From Eledone cirrhosa (taxonomy: Eukaryota): a DNA stretch of 64,000 nucleotides. The notes beneath the pieces are model-generated. The model was not told the origin of the DNA and did no database searches. It worked only from the letters and a program-made list of their open reading frames with translations. A program made the translations under genes and the position numbers. Within the stretch, counting starts at the first letter, position 1; each line of letters starts with the position of its first letter. Of the stretch, positions 10,815-25,218 are shown one piece after another. Location: NCBI GenBank assembly GCA_964016885.1, contig OZ024741.1, forward strand, positions 258,106,001 through 258,170,000. The letters run 5' to 3'.

Positions 10815-13068
10815 GTTTCGCTTTACGAGTGTTTCGACTTACGAGTGTTTCGACATACGAGTGTTTCGGCTTACGAGTGTTTTAATTTACGAGTGTTTTG
10901 AATTACGGGTGCTTCGACTTACGCGTGTTTCGACTTACGAGTGTTTCGACTTACGAGTGTTTCGACTTACGAGTGATTCGACTTACGAATGTTTTGACTT
11001 ACGGGTGTTTCGGCTTGCGAGTGTTTCGACTTACGAGTGTTTCGGCTTATGAGTGTTTCGACTTACTAATGTTTTTACTTACGAGTGTTTCGGCGTACGA
11101 GTCTTTTGACTTACGAGTGTTTCGACTTACGAGTGTTTTGACTTACGAGTGTTTCGACTTACGCGTGTTTCGGCTTACGAGTGTTTCGACTTACGAGTGT
11201 TTCGGCTGGCGAGTGTTTCGACTTACGAGTGTTTTGACTTAAGGGTGTTTCGACTTACGAGTGTTTCGACTTACGAGTGTTTCGACTTACGAGTGTTTCG
11301 GCTTACGAGTGTTTTGACTTAAGGGTGTTTCGACTTACGAGTGTTTCGATACGAGTGTTTCGACTTACGAGTGTTCTGACTTACGATTGTTCTGACTTAC
11401 GAGCGTTCTGACTTACGAGTGTTCTGACTTACGAGTGTTTCGGCTTACGAGTGTTTCGGCTTACGAGTGTTTCGACTTACGAGTGTTTCGACTTACGAGT
11501 GTTCCGACTTACGGGTGTTTCGACTTACGAGTGTTTCCGCTTACGAGTGTTTCGACTTACGAGTGTTTTGACTTAAGGGTGTTTCGACTTACGTGTGTTT
11601 TGACTTACGAGTGTTTCGACTTACGAGTGTTTCGGAATACGAGTGTTTTGACTTGAGGGTTTTCGACTTACGAGCGTTTCGATACGAGTGTTTCGACTTA
11701 CGAGTGTTCTGACTTACGAATGTTCTGATTTACGGATGTTTCGACACACGAGTGTTTCGAATTACGAGTGTTTCGACTTAAGAGTGTTTTGACTTACGGG
11801 TGTTTTGACATACGAGTGTTCTGACTTACGAGTGTTCTGACTTACGAGTGTTCTGACTTACGAGTGTTCTGACTTACGAGTGTTCCGACTTTACGAGTGT
11901 TTCGGCTCACGAGTGTTTCGACTTACGAGTGTTTCGACTTACGAGTGTTTCGACTTACGGGTGTTTTGACTTACGGGTGTTTCCGCTTACGAGTGTTTCG
12001 ACTTACGAGTGTTTTGACTTAAGGGTGTTTCGACTTACGTGTGTTTTGACTTACGAGTGTTTCGACTTACGAGTGTTTCGGAATACGAGTGTTTTGACTT
12101 GAGGGTTTTCGACTTACGAGTGTTTCGATACGAGTGTTTCGACTTACGAGTGTTCTGACTTACGAGTGTTCTGATTTACGGATGTTTCGACACACGAGTG
12201 TTTCGAATTACGAGTGTTTCGACTTAAGAGTGTTTTGACTTACGGGTGTTTTGACATACGAGTGTTTCGATACGAGTGTTTCGACTTACGAGTGTTCTGA
12301 CTTACGAGTGTTCTGACTTACGAGTGTTCTGAATTACGAGTGTTCTTACTTACGAGTGTTCCGACTTACGAGTGTTTCGGCTTACGAGTGTTTCGACTTA
12401 CGAGTGTTCCGACTTACGGGTGTTTCGACTTACGAGTGTTTTGGCTTACGAGTGTTTCGAGTTACGAGTGTTTTGACTTACGCGTGTTTTGACATACGAG
12501 TGTTTCGATACGAGTGTTCTGACTTACGAGTGTTCTGACTTACGAGTGTTCTGACTTACGAGTGTTTCGACTTACGAGTGTTCTGACTTACGAGTGTTCT
12601 GACTTACGAATGTTCCGACTTACGAGTGTTTCGACTTACGAGTGTTTCGACTTACGAGTGTTTCGACTTACGAGTGTTTCGGCTTACGAGTGTTTTGACT
12701 TACGAGTGTTCTGACTACGAGTGTTCTTACTTACGAGTGTTTCGGCTTATGAGTGTTTCGACTTACGAGTGTTTCGGCTTATGAGTGTTTCGACTTACGA
12801 GTGTTTCGACTTACGGGTGTTTCGACTTACGATTGTTTCGACTACGAGTGTTTCGACTTACGAGTGTTTCGGCTTACGAGTGTTTCGACATACGGGTGTT
12901 TCGACTTACGGTGTTTCGGCTTACGAGTGTTTCGATGCGAGTGTTCTGACTTACGAGTGTTCTGACTTACGAGTGTTCTGACTTACGAGTGTTCTGAATT
13001 ACGAGTGTTCCGACTTTACGAGTGTTTCGGCTCACGAGTGTTTCGGTTACGAGTGTTTCGACTTACGA

Positions 13069-13137
13069 AAATAACAAATAGACGCGGTTTCAAATCTCTA
13101 TGCTTTTCAAATTCATTACATTAATCTTTATTTATAC
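13069..13137 (+). repeat. 69-bp spacer, copy 7
   Basis: Reference form, upstream GGTTACG 15-mer. Confidence 0.95.
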
Positions 13138-14849
13138 GTTTCGCTTTACGAGTGTTTCGACTTACGAGTGTTTCGACATACGAGTGTTTCGGCTTACGAG
13201 TGTTTTGATTTACGAGTGTTTTGACTTACGGGTGCTTCGACTTACGCGTGTTTCGACTTACGAGTGATTCGACTTACGAATGTTTTGACTTACGGGTGTT
13301 TCGGCTTGCGAGTGTTTCGACTTACGAGTGTTTCGGCTTATGAGTGTTTCGACTTACTAATGTTTTTACTTATGAGTGTTTCGGCGTACGAGTGTTTTGA
13401 CTTACGAGTGTTTCGACTTACGAGTGTTTTGACTTACGAATGTTTTGACTTACGGGTGTTTCGGCTTACGAGTGTTTCGACTTACGAGTGTTTCGGCTGG
13501 CGAGTGTTTCGGCTTACGAGTGTTTTGACTTAAGGGTCTTTCGACTTACGAGTGTTTCGACTTACGAGTGTTTCGACTTACGAGTGTTTCGGCTTACGAG
13601 TGTTTTGACTTAAGGGTGTTTCGACTTACGAGTGTTTCGATACGAGTGTTTCGACTTACGAGTGTTCTGACTTACGAGTGTTCCGACTTACGAGTGTCTC
13701 GGCTTACGAGTGTTTCCGCTTACGAGTGTTTCGACTTACGAGTGTTTCGACTTACGAGTGTTCCGACTTACGGGTGTTTCGACTTACGAGTGTTTTGGCT
13801 TACGGTGTTTCGACTTACGAGTGTTTCGGCTTACGAGTGTTTTGACTTAAGGGTGTTTAGACTTACGAGTGTTTCGATACGAGTGTTTCGACTTACGAGT
13901 GTTCTGACTTACGATTGTTCTGACTTACGCGCGTTCTGACTTACGAGTGTTCTGACTTACGAGTGTTCTGACTTACGAGTGTTCCTACTTTACGAGTGTT
14001 TCGGCTCACGAGTGTTTCGACTTACGAGTGTTTCGACATACGAGTGTTTCGACTTACGAATGTTTTTGCTTACGGGTGTTTCGACTTACGAATGTTTTTG
14101 CTTACGAGTGTTTCGGTTTACGAGTGTTCCGACTTACGAGTGTTTCGGCTTACGAGTGTTTCGACTTACGAGTGTTTCGACTTACGAGTGTTTTGACTTA
14201 CGGTGTTTCGGCTTACGAGTGATTAGACTTACGAGTGTTTTGACTTACGGGTGTTTTGACTTACAGGTGTTGTGAATTACGAGTGTTCCGATTTACGAGT
14301 GTTTTGACTTACGGTGTTTCGGCTTACACGTGATTCGACTTACGAATGTTTTGACTTACGGGTGTTTCGGCTTGCGAGTGTTTCGACTTACGAGTGTTTC
14401 GAATTACGAGTGTTTTGACTTACGAATGTTTTGACTTACGGGTGTTTCGGCTTACGAGTGTTTCGACTTACGAGTGTTTCGGCTTGCGAGTGTTTCGACT
14501 TACTAATGTTTTTACTTACGAGTGTTTCGGCGTACGAGTGTTTCGACTTACGAGTCTTTCGACTTACGGGTGTTTTGAATTATGGGTGTTTCGGCTTACG
14601 AGTGTTTCGACTTACGAGTGTTTTGACTTAAGGGTGTTTCGACTTACGAGTGTTTCGACTTACGAGTGTTTCGACTTACGAGTGTTTCAGATTACGAGTG
14701 TTTTGACTTGAGGGTTTCCGACTTACGAGTGTTTCGATACGAGTGTTTCGACTTACGAGTGTTCTGATTTACGGATGTTTCGACACACGAGTGTTTCGAA
14801 TTACGAGTGTTTCGACTTACGAGTGTTTTGACTTAAGGGTGTTTTGACA

Positions 14850-15990
14850 TACGAGTGTTTCGATACGAGTGTTTCGACTTACGAGTGTTCTGACTTACGA
14901 TTGTTCTGACTTACGAGTGTTCTTACTTACGAGTGTTCGGACTTACGAGTGTTTCGGCTTACGAGTGTTTCGACTTACGAGTGTTCCGACTTACGGGTGT
15001 TTCGACTTACGAGTGATTCGACTTACGAATGTTTTGACTTACGGGTGTTTCGGCTTGCGAGTGTTTCCTCTTACGAGTGTTTCGACTTACGAGTGTTTTG
15101 ACTTACGAATGTTTTGACTTACGGGTGTTTCGGCTTACGAATGTTTCGACTTACGAGTGTTTCGGCTTGCGAGTGTTTCGACTTACTAATGTTTTTACTT
15201 ACGAGTGTTTCGGCGTACGAGTGTTTCGACTTACGAGTGTTTCGACTTACGGGTGTTTTGACTTACGGGTGTTTCGGCTTACGAGTGTTTCGACTTACGA
15301 GTGTTTTGACTTAAGGGTGTTTCGACTTATGAGTGTTTCGACTTACGAGTGTTTCGACTTACGAGTGTTTCGGATTACGAGTGTTTCGACTTACGGGTGT
15401 TTTGACTTACGGGTGTTTCGGCTTACGAGTGTTTCGACTTACGAGTGTTTTGACTTAAGGGTGTTTCGACTTACGAGTGTTTCGACTTACGAGTGTTTCG
15501 ACTTACGAGTGTTTCGACTTACGAGTGTTTCGGATTACGAGTGTTTTGACTTGAGGGTTTTCGACTTACGAGTGTTTCGATACGAGTGTTTCGACTTACG
15601 AGTGTTCTGACTTACGATTGTTCTGACTTACGAGTGTTCTTACTTACGAGTGTTCCGACTTACGAGTGTTTCGGCTTACGAGTGTTTCGACTTACGAGTG
15701 TTCCGACTTACGGGTGTTTCGACTTACGAGTGATTCGACTTACGAATGTTTTGACTTACGGGTGTTTCGGCTTGCGAGTGTTTCGACTTACGAGTGTTTC
15801 GACTTACGAGTGTTTTGACTTACGAATGTTTTGACTTACGGGTGTTTCGGCTTACGAGTGTTTCGACTTACGAGTGTTTCGGCTTGCGAGTGTTTCGACT
15901 TACTAATGTTTTTACTTCCGAGTGTTTCGGCGTACGAGTGTTTCGACTTACGAGTGTTTCGACTTACGGGTGTTTTGACTTACGGGTGTT
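14850..15990 (+). repeat. 717-bp period internal duplication, also at about 30230-31370 and about 35820-36960
   Basis: 14869/15586, 15077/15794; 30247/30964; 35838/36555. Confidence 0.85.
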
Positions 15991-16318
15991 TCGACACACG
16001 AGTGTTTCGAATTACGAGTGTTTCGACTTACGAGTGTTTAGACTTACAAGTGTTTCGACTTACGGGTGTTTCGACTTACGAGTGTTTCGACTACGAGTGT
16101 TTCGACTTACGAGTGTTTCGGCTTACGAGTGTTTCGACATACGGGTGTTTCGACTTACGGTGTTTCGGCTTACGAGTGTTTCGATACGAGTGTTCTGACT
16201 TACGAGTGTTCTGACTTACGAGTGTTCTGACTTACGAGTGTTCTGACTTACGAGTGTTCCGACTTTACGAGTGTTTCGGCTCACGAGTGTTTCGGCTTAC
16301 GAGTGTTTCCACTTACGA

Positions 16319-16387
16319 AAATAACAAATAGACGCGGTTTCAAATCTCTATGCTTTTCAAATTCGTTACATTATTCTTTATTTATAC
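16319..16387 (+). repeat. 69-bp spacer, copy 8
   Basis: CGTTACATTATTC variant. Confidence 0.95.
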
Positions 16388-16682
16388 GTTTCGCTTTACG
16401 AGTGTTTCGACTTACGAGTGTTTCGACATACGAGTGTTTCGGCTTACGAGTGTTTTAATTTACGAGTGTTTTGAATTACGGGTGCTTCGACTTACGCGTG
16501 TTTCGACTTACGAGTGTTTCGACTTACGAGTGTTTCGACTTACGAGTGATTCGACTTACGAATGTTTTGACTTACGGGTGTTTCGGCTTGCGAGTGTTTC
16601 GACTTACGAGTGCTTCGACTTACGAGTGTTTCGGCTTACGGGTGTTTCGACTTACGAATGTTTTTGCTTACGAGTGTTTCGG

Positions 16683-19600
16683 CTTACGAGTGTTTTGACT
16701 TACGGGTGTTTTGACATACGAGTGTTTCGATACGAGTGTTCTGACTTACGAGTGTTTCCGCTTACGAGTGTTTCGACTTACTAATGTTTTTACTTACGAG
16801 TGTTTCGACTTAAGGATGTTTCGACTTACGAGTGTTTCGACTTACGAGTGTTTCGACTTACGAGTGTTTCGACTTACGAGTGTTTTGGCTTACAAATGTT
16901 TTGACTTACGGGTGTTTCGACTTACGGGTGTTTCGGCTTACGAGTGTTTCGACTTACGAGTGTTTTGACTTACGAGTGTTCTGACTTACGAGTGTTCTGA
17001 CTTATGAGTGTTCTGACTTACGAGTGTTCCGACTTACGAGTGTTTCGGCTTACGAGTGTTTCGGCTTACGAGTGTTTCGGCTTACGAGTGTTTTGACTTA
17101 CGAGTGTTCTGACTACGAGTGTTCTGACTTACGGGTGTTCTGACTTACGAGTGTTCCGACTTACGAGTGTTTCGGCTTATGAGTGTTTCGACTTACGGGC
17201 GTTTCGACTTACGGGTGTTTCGACTTACGAGTGTTTTGACTTACGAGTGTTCTGACTTACGAGTGTTCTGACTTACGAGTGTTCCGACTCACGACTGTTT
17301 CGACTTACGAGTGTTTTGACTTACGAGTATTCCGACTTACGAGTGTTTCGGCTTACGGGTGTTTCGACGTACGAGTATTTTTGGCTTACGAGTGTTTCGA
17401 CTTACGAGTGTTTTGAATTACGATTGTTTCGGCTTACGAGTGTTTCGACTTACGAGTATTTCGACTTACGAGTGTTTTGACTTATGGGTGTTTTGACATA
17501 CGAGTGTTTCGATACGAATGCTCTGACTTACGAGTGTTCTGACTTACGAGTGTTCTGACTTACGAGTGTTCTGACTTACGGGTGTTCTGACTTACGTGTG
17601 TTCCGACTTACGAGTGTTTCGGCTATGGGTGTTTCGACTTACGAGTGTTTCGACGTACGAATGTTTTGGCTTACGAGTGTTTCGGCTTACGAGTGTTTCG
17701 ACTTACGAATGTTTTGGCTTACGAGTGTTTCGGCTTACGGGTGTTTCGACTTACGAGTGTTTCGACTTACGAGTGTTTTGACTTACGGTGTTTCGGCTTA
17801 CGAGTTATTCGACATACGAGTGTTTCGACTTACGGGTGTTTCGACTTACGGGTGTTTCGACTTACGAGTGTTTCGATTTATGAGTGTTTCGACTTACGAG
17901 TGTTCTGACTTACGAGTGTTCTGACTTACGAGTGTTCCGACTTACGAGTGTTTCGGTTTACGAGTGTTTCGACACACGAGTGTTTTGACTTACGGGGGTT
18001 TCGACTTACGGGTGTTTCGACTTACCAGTGTTTCGGCTTACGAGTGTTTCGACTTACTAATGTTTTTACTTACGAGTGTTTCGGTGTACGAGTGTTTCGA
18101 CTTAAGGATGTTTCGACTTACGAGTGTTTCGACTTACGAGTGTTTCGGCTTACGTGAGTTTCGACTTAAGGGTGTTTTGACTTACGGGTGTTGTGAATTA
18201 CGAGTGTTCCGATTTAAGAGTGTTTTGACTTACGGTGTTTCGGCTTACGAGTTATTCGACTTACGAATGTTTTGACTTACGGGTGTTTTGGCTTGCGAGT
18301 GTTTCGACTTACGAGTGTTTCGGCTTATGAGTGTTTCGACTTAAGGGTGTTTCGACTTACGAGTGTTTCGACTTACGAGTGTTTCGACTTACGAGTGTTT
18401 CGGCTTACGAGTGTTTTGACTTAAGGGTGTTTCGACTTACGAGTGTTTCGATACGAGTGTTTCGACTTACGAGTGTTCTGACTTACGAATGTTCCGACTT
18501 ACGAGTGTCTCGGCTTACGAGTGTTTCAGCTTACGAGTGTTTCGACTTACGAATGTTTTGACTTACGATTGTTTCGGCTTACGAGTGTTTCGACTTACGA
18601 GTGTTCTGACTACGAGTGTTCTGACTTACGGGTGTTCTGACTTACGAGTGTTCCGACTTACGAGTGTTTCGGCTTATGAGTGTTTCGACTTACGAGTGCT
18701 TCGACTTACGAGTGTTTCGGCTTACGGGTGTTTCGACTTACGAATGTTTTTGCTTACGAGTGTTTCGGCTTACGAGTGTTTCGGCTTATGCGTGTTTCGA
18801 ATTACGAGTGTTTTGACTTACGGGTGTTTTGACATACGAGTGTTTCGATACGAGTGTTCTGACTTACGAGTGTTTCCGCTTACGAGTGTTTCGGCTTACG
18901 AGTGTTTCGACTTACTAATGTTTTTACTTACGAGTGTTTCGGTGTACGAGTGTTTCGACTGAAGGATGTTTAGACTTACGAGTGTTTCGACTTACGATTG
19001 TTTCGGCTTACGTGTGTTTCGACTTACGAGTGTTCTGACTTACAAGTGTTCTTACTTACGAGTGTTCCGACTTACGAGTGTTCCGACTTACGAGTGTTTC
19101 GGCTTACGAGTGTTGCGGCTTACGAGTGTTTCGACTTACGAGTGTTCCGACTTACGGGTGTTTCGACTTACGAGTATTTTGGCTTACGGTGTTTCGGCTT
19201 ACGAGTGTTTCGAGTTACGAGAGTTTTGACTTACGCGTGTTTTGACATACGAGTGTTTCGATACGAGTGTTCTGACTTACGAGTGTTCTGACTTACGAGT
19301 GTTCTGAGTTACGAGTGTTCTGACTTACGAGTGTTCCGACTTTACGAGTGTTTCGGCTCACGAGTGTTTCGACTTACGAGTGTTTCGACATACGAGTGTT
19401 TCGGCTTACGAGTGTTTTTATTTACGAGTGTTTTGACTTACGGGTGCTTCGACTTACGCGTGTTTCGACTTACGAGTGTTTCGACTTACGAGTGTTTCGA
19501 CTTACGAGTGTTTCGGCTTACGAGTGTTTTGACTTACGAGTGTTTCGGCTGGCGAGTGTTTCGACTTACGAGTGTTTTGACTTACGGGTGTTTTGACATA

Positions 19601-22466
19601 CGAGTGTTTCGATACGAGTGTTCTGACTTACGAGTGTTTCCGCTTACGAGTGTTTCGACTTACTAATGTTTTTACTTACGAGTGTTTCGACTTAAGGATG
19701 TTTCGACTTACGAGTGTTTCGACTTACGAGTGTTTCGACTTACGAGTGTTTCGACTTACGAGTGTTTTGGCTTACAAATGTTTTGACTTACGGGTGTTTC
19801 GACTTACGGGTGTTTCGGCTTACGAGTGTTTCGACTTACGAGTGTTTTGACTTACGAGTGTTCTGACTTACGAGTGTTCTGACTTATGAGTGTTCTGACT
19901 TACGAGTGTTCCGACTTACGAGTGTTTCGGCTTACGAGTGTTTCGGCTTACGAGTGTTTCGGCTTACGAGTGTTTTGACTTACGAGTGTTCTGACTACGA
20001 GTGTTCTGACTTACGGGTGTTCTGACTTACGAGTGTTCCGACTTACGAGTGTTTCGGCTTATGAGTGTTTCGACTTACGGGCGTTTCGACTTACGGGTGT
20101 TTCGACTTACGAGTGTTTTGACTTACGAGTGTTCTGACTTACGAGTGTTCTGACTTACGAGTGTTCCGACTCACGACTGTTTCGACTTACGAGTGTTTTG
20201 ACTTACGAGTATTCCGACTTACGAGTGTTTCGGCTTACGGGTGTTTCGACGTACGAGTATTTTTGGCTTACGAGTGTTTCGACTTACGAGTGTTTTGAAT
20301 TACGATTGTTTCGGCTTACGAGTGTTTCGACTTACGAGTATTTCGACTTACGAGTGTTTTGACTTATGGGTGTTTTGACATACGAGTGTTTCGATACGAA
20401 TGCTCTGACTTACGAGTGTTCTGACTTACGAGTGTTCTGACTTACGAGTGTTCTGACTTACGGGTGTTCTGACTTACGTGTGTTCCGACTTACGAGTGTT
20501 TCGGCTATGGGTGTTTCGACTTACGAGTGTTTCGACGTACGAATGTTTTGGCTTACGAGTGTTTCGGCTTACGAGTGTTTCGACTTACGAATGTTTTGGC
20601 TTACGAGTGTTTCGGCTTACGGGTGTTTCGACTTACGAGTGTTTCGACTTACGAGTGTTTTGACTTACGGTGTTTCGGCTTACGAGTTATTCGACATACG
20701 AGTGTTTCGACTTACGGGTGTTTCGACTTACGGGTGTTTCGACTTACGAGTGTTTCGATTTATGAGTGTTTCGACTTACGAGTGTTCTGACTTACGAGTG
20801 TTCTGACTTACGAGTGTTCCGACTTACGAGTGTTTCGGTTTACGAGTGTTTCGACACACGAGTGTTTTGACTTACGGGGGTTTCGACTTACGGGTGTTTC
20901 GACTTACCAGTGTTTCGGCTTACGAGTGTTTCGACTTACTAATGTTTTTACTTACGAGTGTTTCGGTGTACGAGTGTTTCGACTTAAGGATGTTTCGACT
21001 TACGAGTGTTTCGACTTACGAGTGTTTCGGCTTACGTGAGTTTCGACTTAAGGGTGTTTTGACTTACGGGTGTTGTGAATTACGAGTGTTCCGATTTAAG
21101 AGTGTTTTGACTTACGGTGTTTCGGCTTACGAGTTATTCGACTTACGAATGTTTTGACTTACGGGTGTTTTGGCTTGCGAGTGTTTCGACTTACGAGTGT
21201 TTCGGCTTATGAGTGTTTCGACTTAAGGGTGTTTCGACTTACGAGTGTTTCGACTTACGAGTGTTTCGACTTACGAGTGTTTCGGCTTACGAGTGTTTTG
21301 ACTTAAGGGTGTTTCGACTTACGAGTGTTTCGATACGAGTGTTTCGACTTACGAGTGTTCTGACTTACGAATGTTCCGACTTACGAGTGTCTCGGCTTAC
21401 GAGTGTTTCAGCTTACGAGTGTTTCGACTTACGAATGTTTTGACTTACGATTGTTTCGGCTTACGAGTGTTTCGACTTACGAGTGTTCTGACTACGAGTG
21501 TTCTGACTTACGGGTGTTCTGACTTACGAGTGTTCCGACTTACGAGTGTTTCGGCTTATGAGTGTTTCGACTTACGAGTGCTTCGACTTACGAGTGTTTC
21601 GGCTTACGGGTGTTTCGACTTACGAATGTTTTTGCTTACGAGTGTTTCGGCTTACGAGTGTTTCGGCTTATGCGTGTTTCGAATTACGAGTGTTTTGACT
21701 TACGGGTGTTTTGACATACGAGTGTTTCGATACGAGTGTTCTGACTTACGAGTGTTTCCGCTTACGAGTGTTTCGGCTTACGAGTGTTTCGACTTACTAA
21801 TGTTTTTACTTACGAGTGTTTCGGTGTACGAGTGTTTCGACTGAAGGATGTTTAGACTTACGAGTGTTTCGACTTACGATTGTTTCGGCTTACGTGTGTT
21901 TCGACTTACGAGTGTTCTGACTTACAAGTGTTCTTACTTACGAGTGTTCCGACTTACGAGTGTTCCGACTTACGAGTGTTTCGGCTTACGAGTGTTGCGG
22001 CTTACGAGTGTTTCGACTTACGAGTGTTCCGACTTACGGGTGTTTCGACTTACGAGTATTTTGGCTTACGGTGTTTCGGCTTACGAGTGTTTCGAGTTAC
22101 GAGAGTTTTGACTTACGCGTGTTTTGACATACGAGTGTTTCGATACGAGTGTTCTGACTTACGAGTGTTCTGACTTACGAGTGTTCTGAGTTACGAGTGT
22201 TCTGACTTACGAGTGTTCCGACTTTACGAGTGTTTCGGCTCACGAGTGTTTCGACTTACGAGTGTTTCGACATACGAGTGTTTCGGCTTACGAGTGTTTT
22301 TATTTACGAGTGTTTTGACTTACGGGTGCTTCGACTTACGCGTGTTTCGACTTACGAGTGTTTCGACTTACGAGTGTTTCGACTTACGAGTGTTTCGGCT
22401 TACGAGTGTTTTGACTTACGAGTGTTTCGGCTGGCGAGTGTTTCGACTTACGAGTGTTTTGACTTA
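16683..22466 (+). repeat. Near-identical 2882-bp tandem duplication with no spacer
   Basis: 16711/19593, 17596/20478, 18966/21848, 19331/22213. Confidence 0.93.
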
Positions 22467-23248
22467 AGGGTGTTTCGACTTACGAGTGTTTTGACTTACG
22501 AGTGTTTCGACTTACGAGTGTTTCGGCTTACGAGTGTTTTGACTTACGAGTGTCTCGGCTTACGAGTGTTTCGGCTTACGAGTGTTTCGACTTACGAGTG
22601 TTTCGACTTACGAGTGTTCCGACTTACGTGTGTTTCGACTTACGAGTGTTTTGGCTTACGGTGTTTCGACTTACGAGTGTTTCGGCTTACGAGTGTTTTG
22701 ACTTAAGGGTGTTTCGACTTACGAGTGTTTCGATACGAGTGTTTCGACTTACGAGTGTTTCGGCTTACGAGTGTTTCGACTTACGAGTGTTTCGACTTAC
22801 GAGTGTTCTGATTTACGGATGTTTCGACATACGAGTGTTTCGACTTACGAGTGTTTCGACTTACGAGTGTTTTGACTTACGTGTGTTTTGACATACGAGT
22901 GTTTGGATACGAGTGTTCTGACTTACGATTGTTCTGACTTACGAGCGTTCTGACTTACGAGTGTTTTGGCTTACGAGTGTTTCGGCTTACGAGTGTTTCG
23001 ACTTACGAGTGTTTCGACTTACGAGTGTTCCGACTTACGGGTGTTTCGACTTACGAGTGTTTTGGCTTACGGTGTTTCGACTTACGAGTGTTTCGAGTTA
23101 AGAGTGTTTTGACTTACGCGTGTTTTGACATACGAGTCTTCTGACTTACGAGTGTTCTGACTTACGAGTGTTCTGACTTACGAGTCTTCCGACTTTACGA
23201 GTGTTTCGGCTCACGAGTGTTTCGGCTTACGAGTGTTTCGACTTACGA

Positions 23249-23317
23249 AAATAACAAATAGACGCGGTTTCAAATCTCTATGCTTTTCAAATTCATTACA
23301 TTAATCTTTATTTATAC
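23249..23317 (+). repeat. 69-bp spacer, copy 9
   Basis: Reference form; copy 3 + 15186. Confidence 0.95.
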
Positions 23318-24526
23318 GTTTCGCTTTACGAGTGTTTCGATATACGAGTGTTTCGACATACGAGTGTTTCGACTTACGAATGTTTTTGCTTACGGGTGTT
23401 TCGACTTACGAATGTTTTTGCTTACGAGTGTTTCGGTTTACGAGTGTTCCGACTTACGAGTGTTCCGACTTACGAGTGTTTCGGCTTACGAGTGTTTCCG
23501 GCTTACGAGTGTTTCGACTTACGAGTGTTTCGACTTACGAGTGTTTTGACTTACGGTGTTTCGGCTTACGAGTGATTAGACTTACGAGTGTTTTGACTTA
23601 CGGGTGTTTTGACTTACGGGTGTTGTGAATTACGAGTGTTCTGATTTACGAGTGTTTTGACTTACGGTGTTTCGGCTTACAAGTGATTCGACTTACGAAT
23701 GTTTTGACTTACGGGTGTTTCGGCTTGCGTGTGTTTCGACTTACGAGTGTTTCGGCTTATGAGTGTTTCGACTTACTAATGTTTTTACTTACGAGTGTTT
23801 CGGCGTACGAGTGTTTTGACTTACGAGTGATTCGACTTACGAGTGTTTTGACGTACGAATATTTTGACTTACGGGTGTTTCGGCTTACGAGTGTTTCGAC
23901 TTACGAGTGTTTCGGCTTTCGAGTGTTTCGACTTACTAATGTTTTTACTTACGAGTGTTTCGGCGTACGAGTGTTTCGACTTACGAGTGTTTCGACTTAC
24001 GGGTGTTTTGACTTACGGGTGTTTCGGCTTACGAGTGTTTCGACTTACAAGTGTTTTGACTTAAGGGTGTTTCGACTTACGAGTGTTTCGACTTACGAGT
24101 GTTTCGACTTACGGGTGTTTCGACTTACGAGTGTTTTGGCTTACGGTGTTTCGACTTACGAGTGTTTCGGCTTACGAGTGTTTTGACTTAAAGGTGTTTC
24201 GACTTACGAGTGTTTCGATACGAGTGTTTCGACTTACGAGTGTTTCGGCTTACGAGTGTTTCGACTTACGACTGTTTCGACTTACGAGTGTTCTGTTTTA
24301 CGGATGTTTCGAAATACGAGTGTTTCGACTTACGAGTGTTTCGACTTACGAGTGTTTTGACTTACGGGTGTTTTGACATACGAGTGTTTCGATACGAGTG
24401 TTTCGACTTACGAGTGTTCTGACTTACGATTGTTCTGACTTACGAGAGTTCTGACTTACGAGTGTTCCGACTTTACGAGTGTTTCGGCTCACGAGTGTTT
24501 CGGCTTACGAGTGTTTCGACTCACGA

Positions 24527-24595
24527 AAATAACAAATAGACGCGGTTTCAAATCTCTATGCTTTTCAAATTCATTACATTAATCTTTATTTATAC
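24527..24595 (+). repeat. 69-bp spacer, copy 10
   Basis: Reference form, preceded by GACTCACGA. Confidence 0.95.
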
Positions 24596-25149
24596 GTTTC
24601 GCTTTACGAGTGTTTCGACTTACGAGTGTTTCGGCTTACGAGTGTTTTGACTTACGAGTGTTTTGACTTACATGTGTTTCGACTTACGCGTGTTTCGACT
24701 TACGAGTGTTTTGACTTGCGAGTGTTTCGACTACGGGTGTTTCGACTTACGAATGTTTTGACTTACGGATGTTTTGACTTACGGGTGTTTCGGCTTACGA
24801 GTGTTTCGACTTACGAGTGTTTCGACTTACGAGTGTTTTGACTTACGAGTGTTTTGACTTACGGTGTTTCGGCTTACGAGTGTTTCGACTTACGAGTGTT
24901 TTGACTTACGGGTGTTTTGACATACGAGTGTTTCGATACGAGTGTTCTGACTTACGAGTGTTCTGACTTACGAGTGTTCTGCCTTACGAGTGTTCTGACA
25001 TACGTGTGTTCTGACTTACGAGTGTTCCGATTTACGAGTGTTTCGGCATATGAGTGTTTCGACTTACGGATGTTTTTGCTTACGGGTGTTTCGACTTACG
25101 AATGTTTTTGCTTACGAGTGTTTCGGCTTACGAGTGTTTCGACTTACGA

Positions 25150-25218
25150 AAATAACAAATAGACGCGGTTTCAAATCTCTATGCTTTTCAAATTCATTAC
25201 ATTAATCTTTATTTACAC
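25150..25218 (+). repeat. 69-bp spacer, copy 11
   Basis: TTTACAC end variant. Confidence 0.95.
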
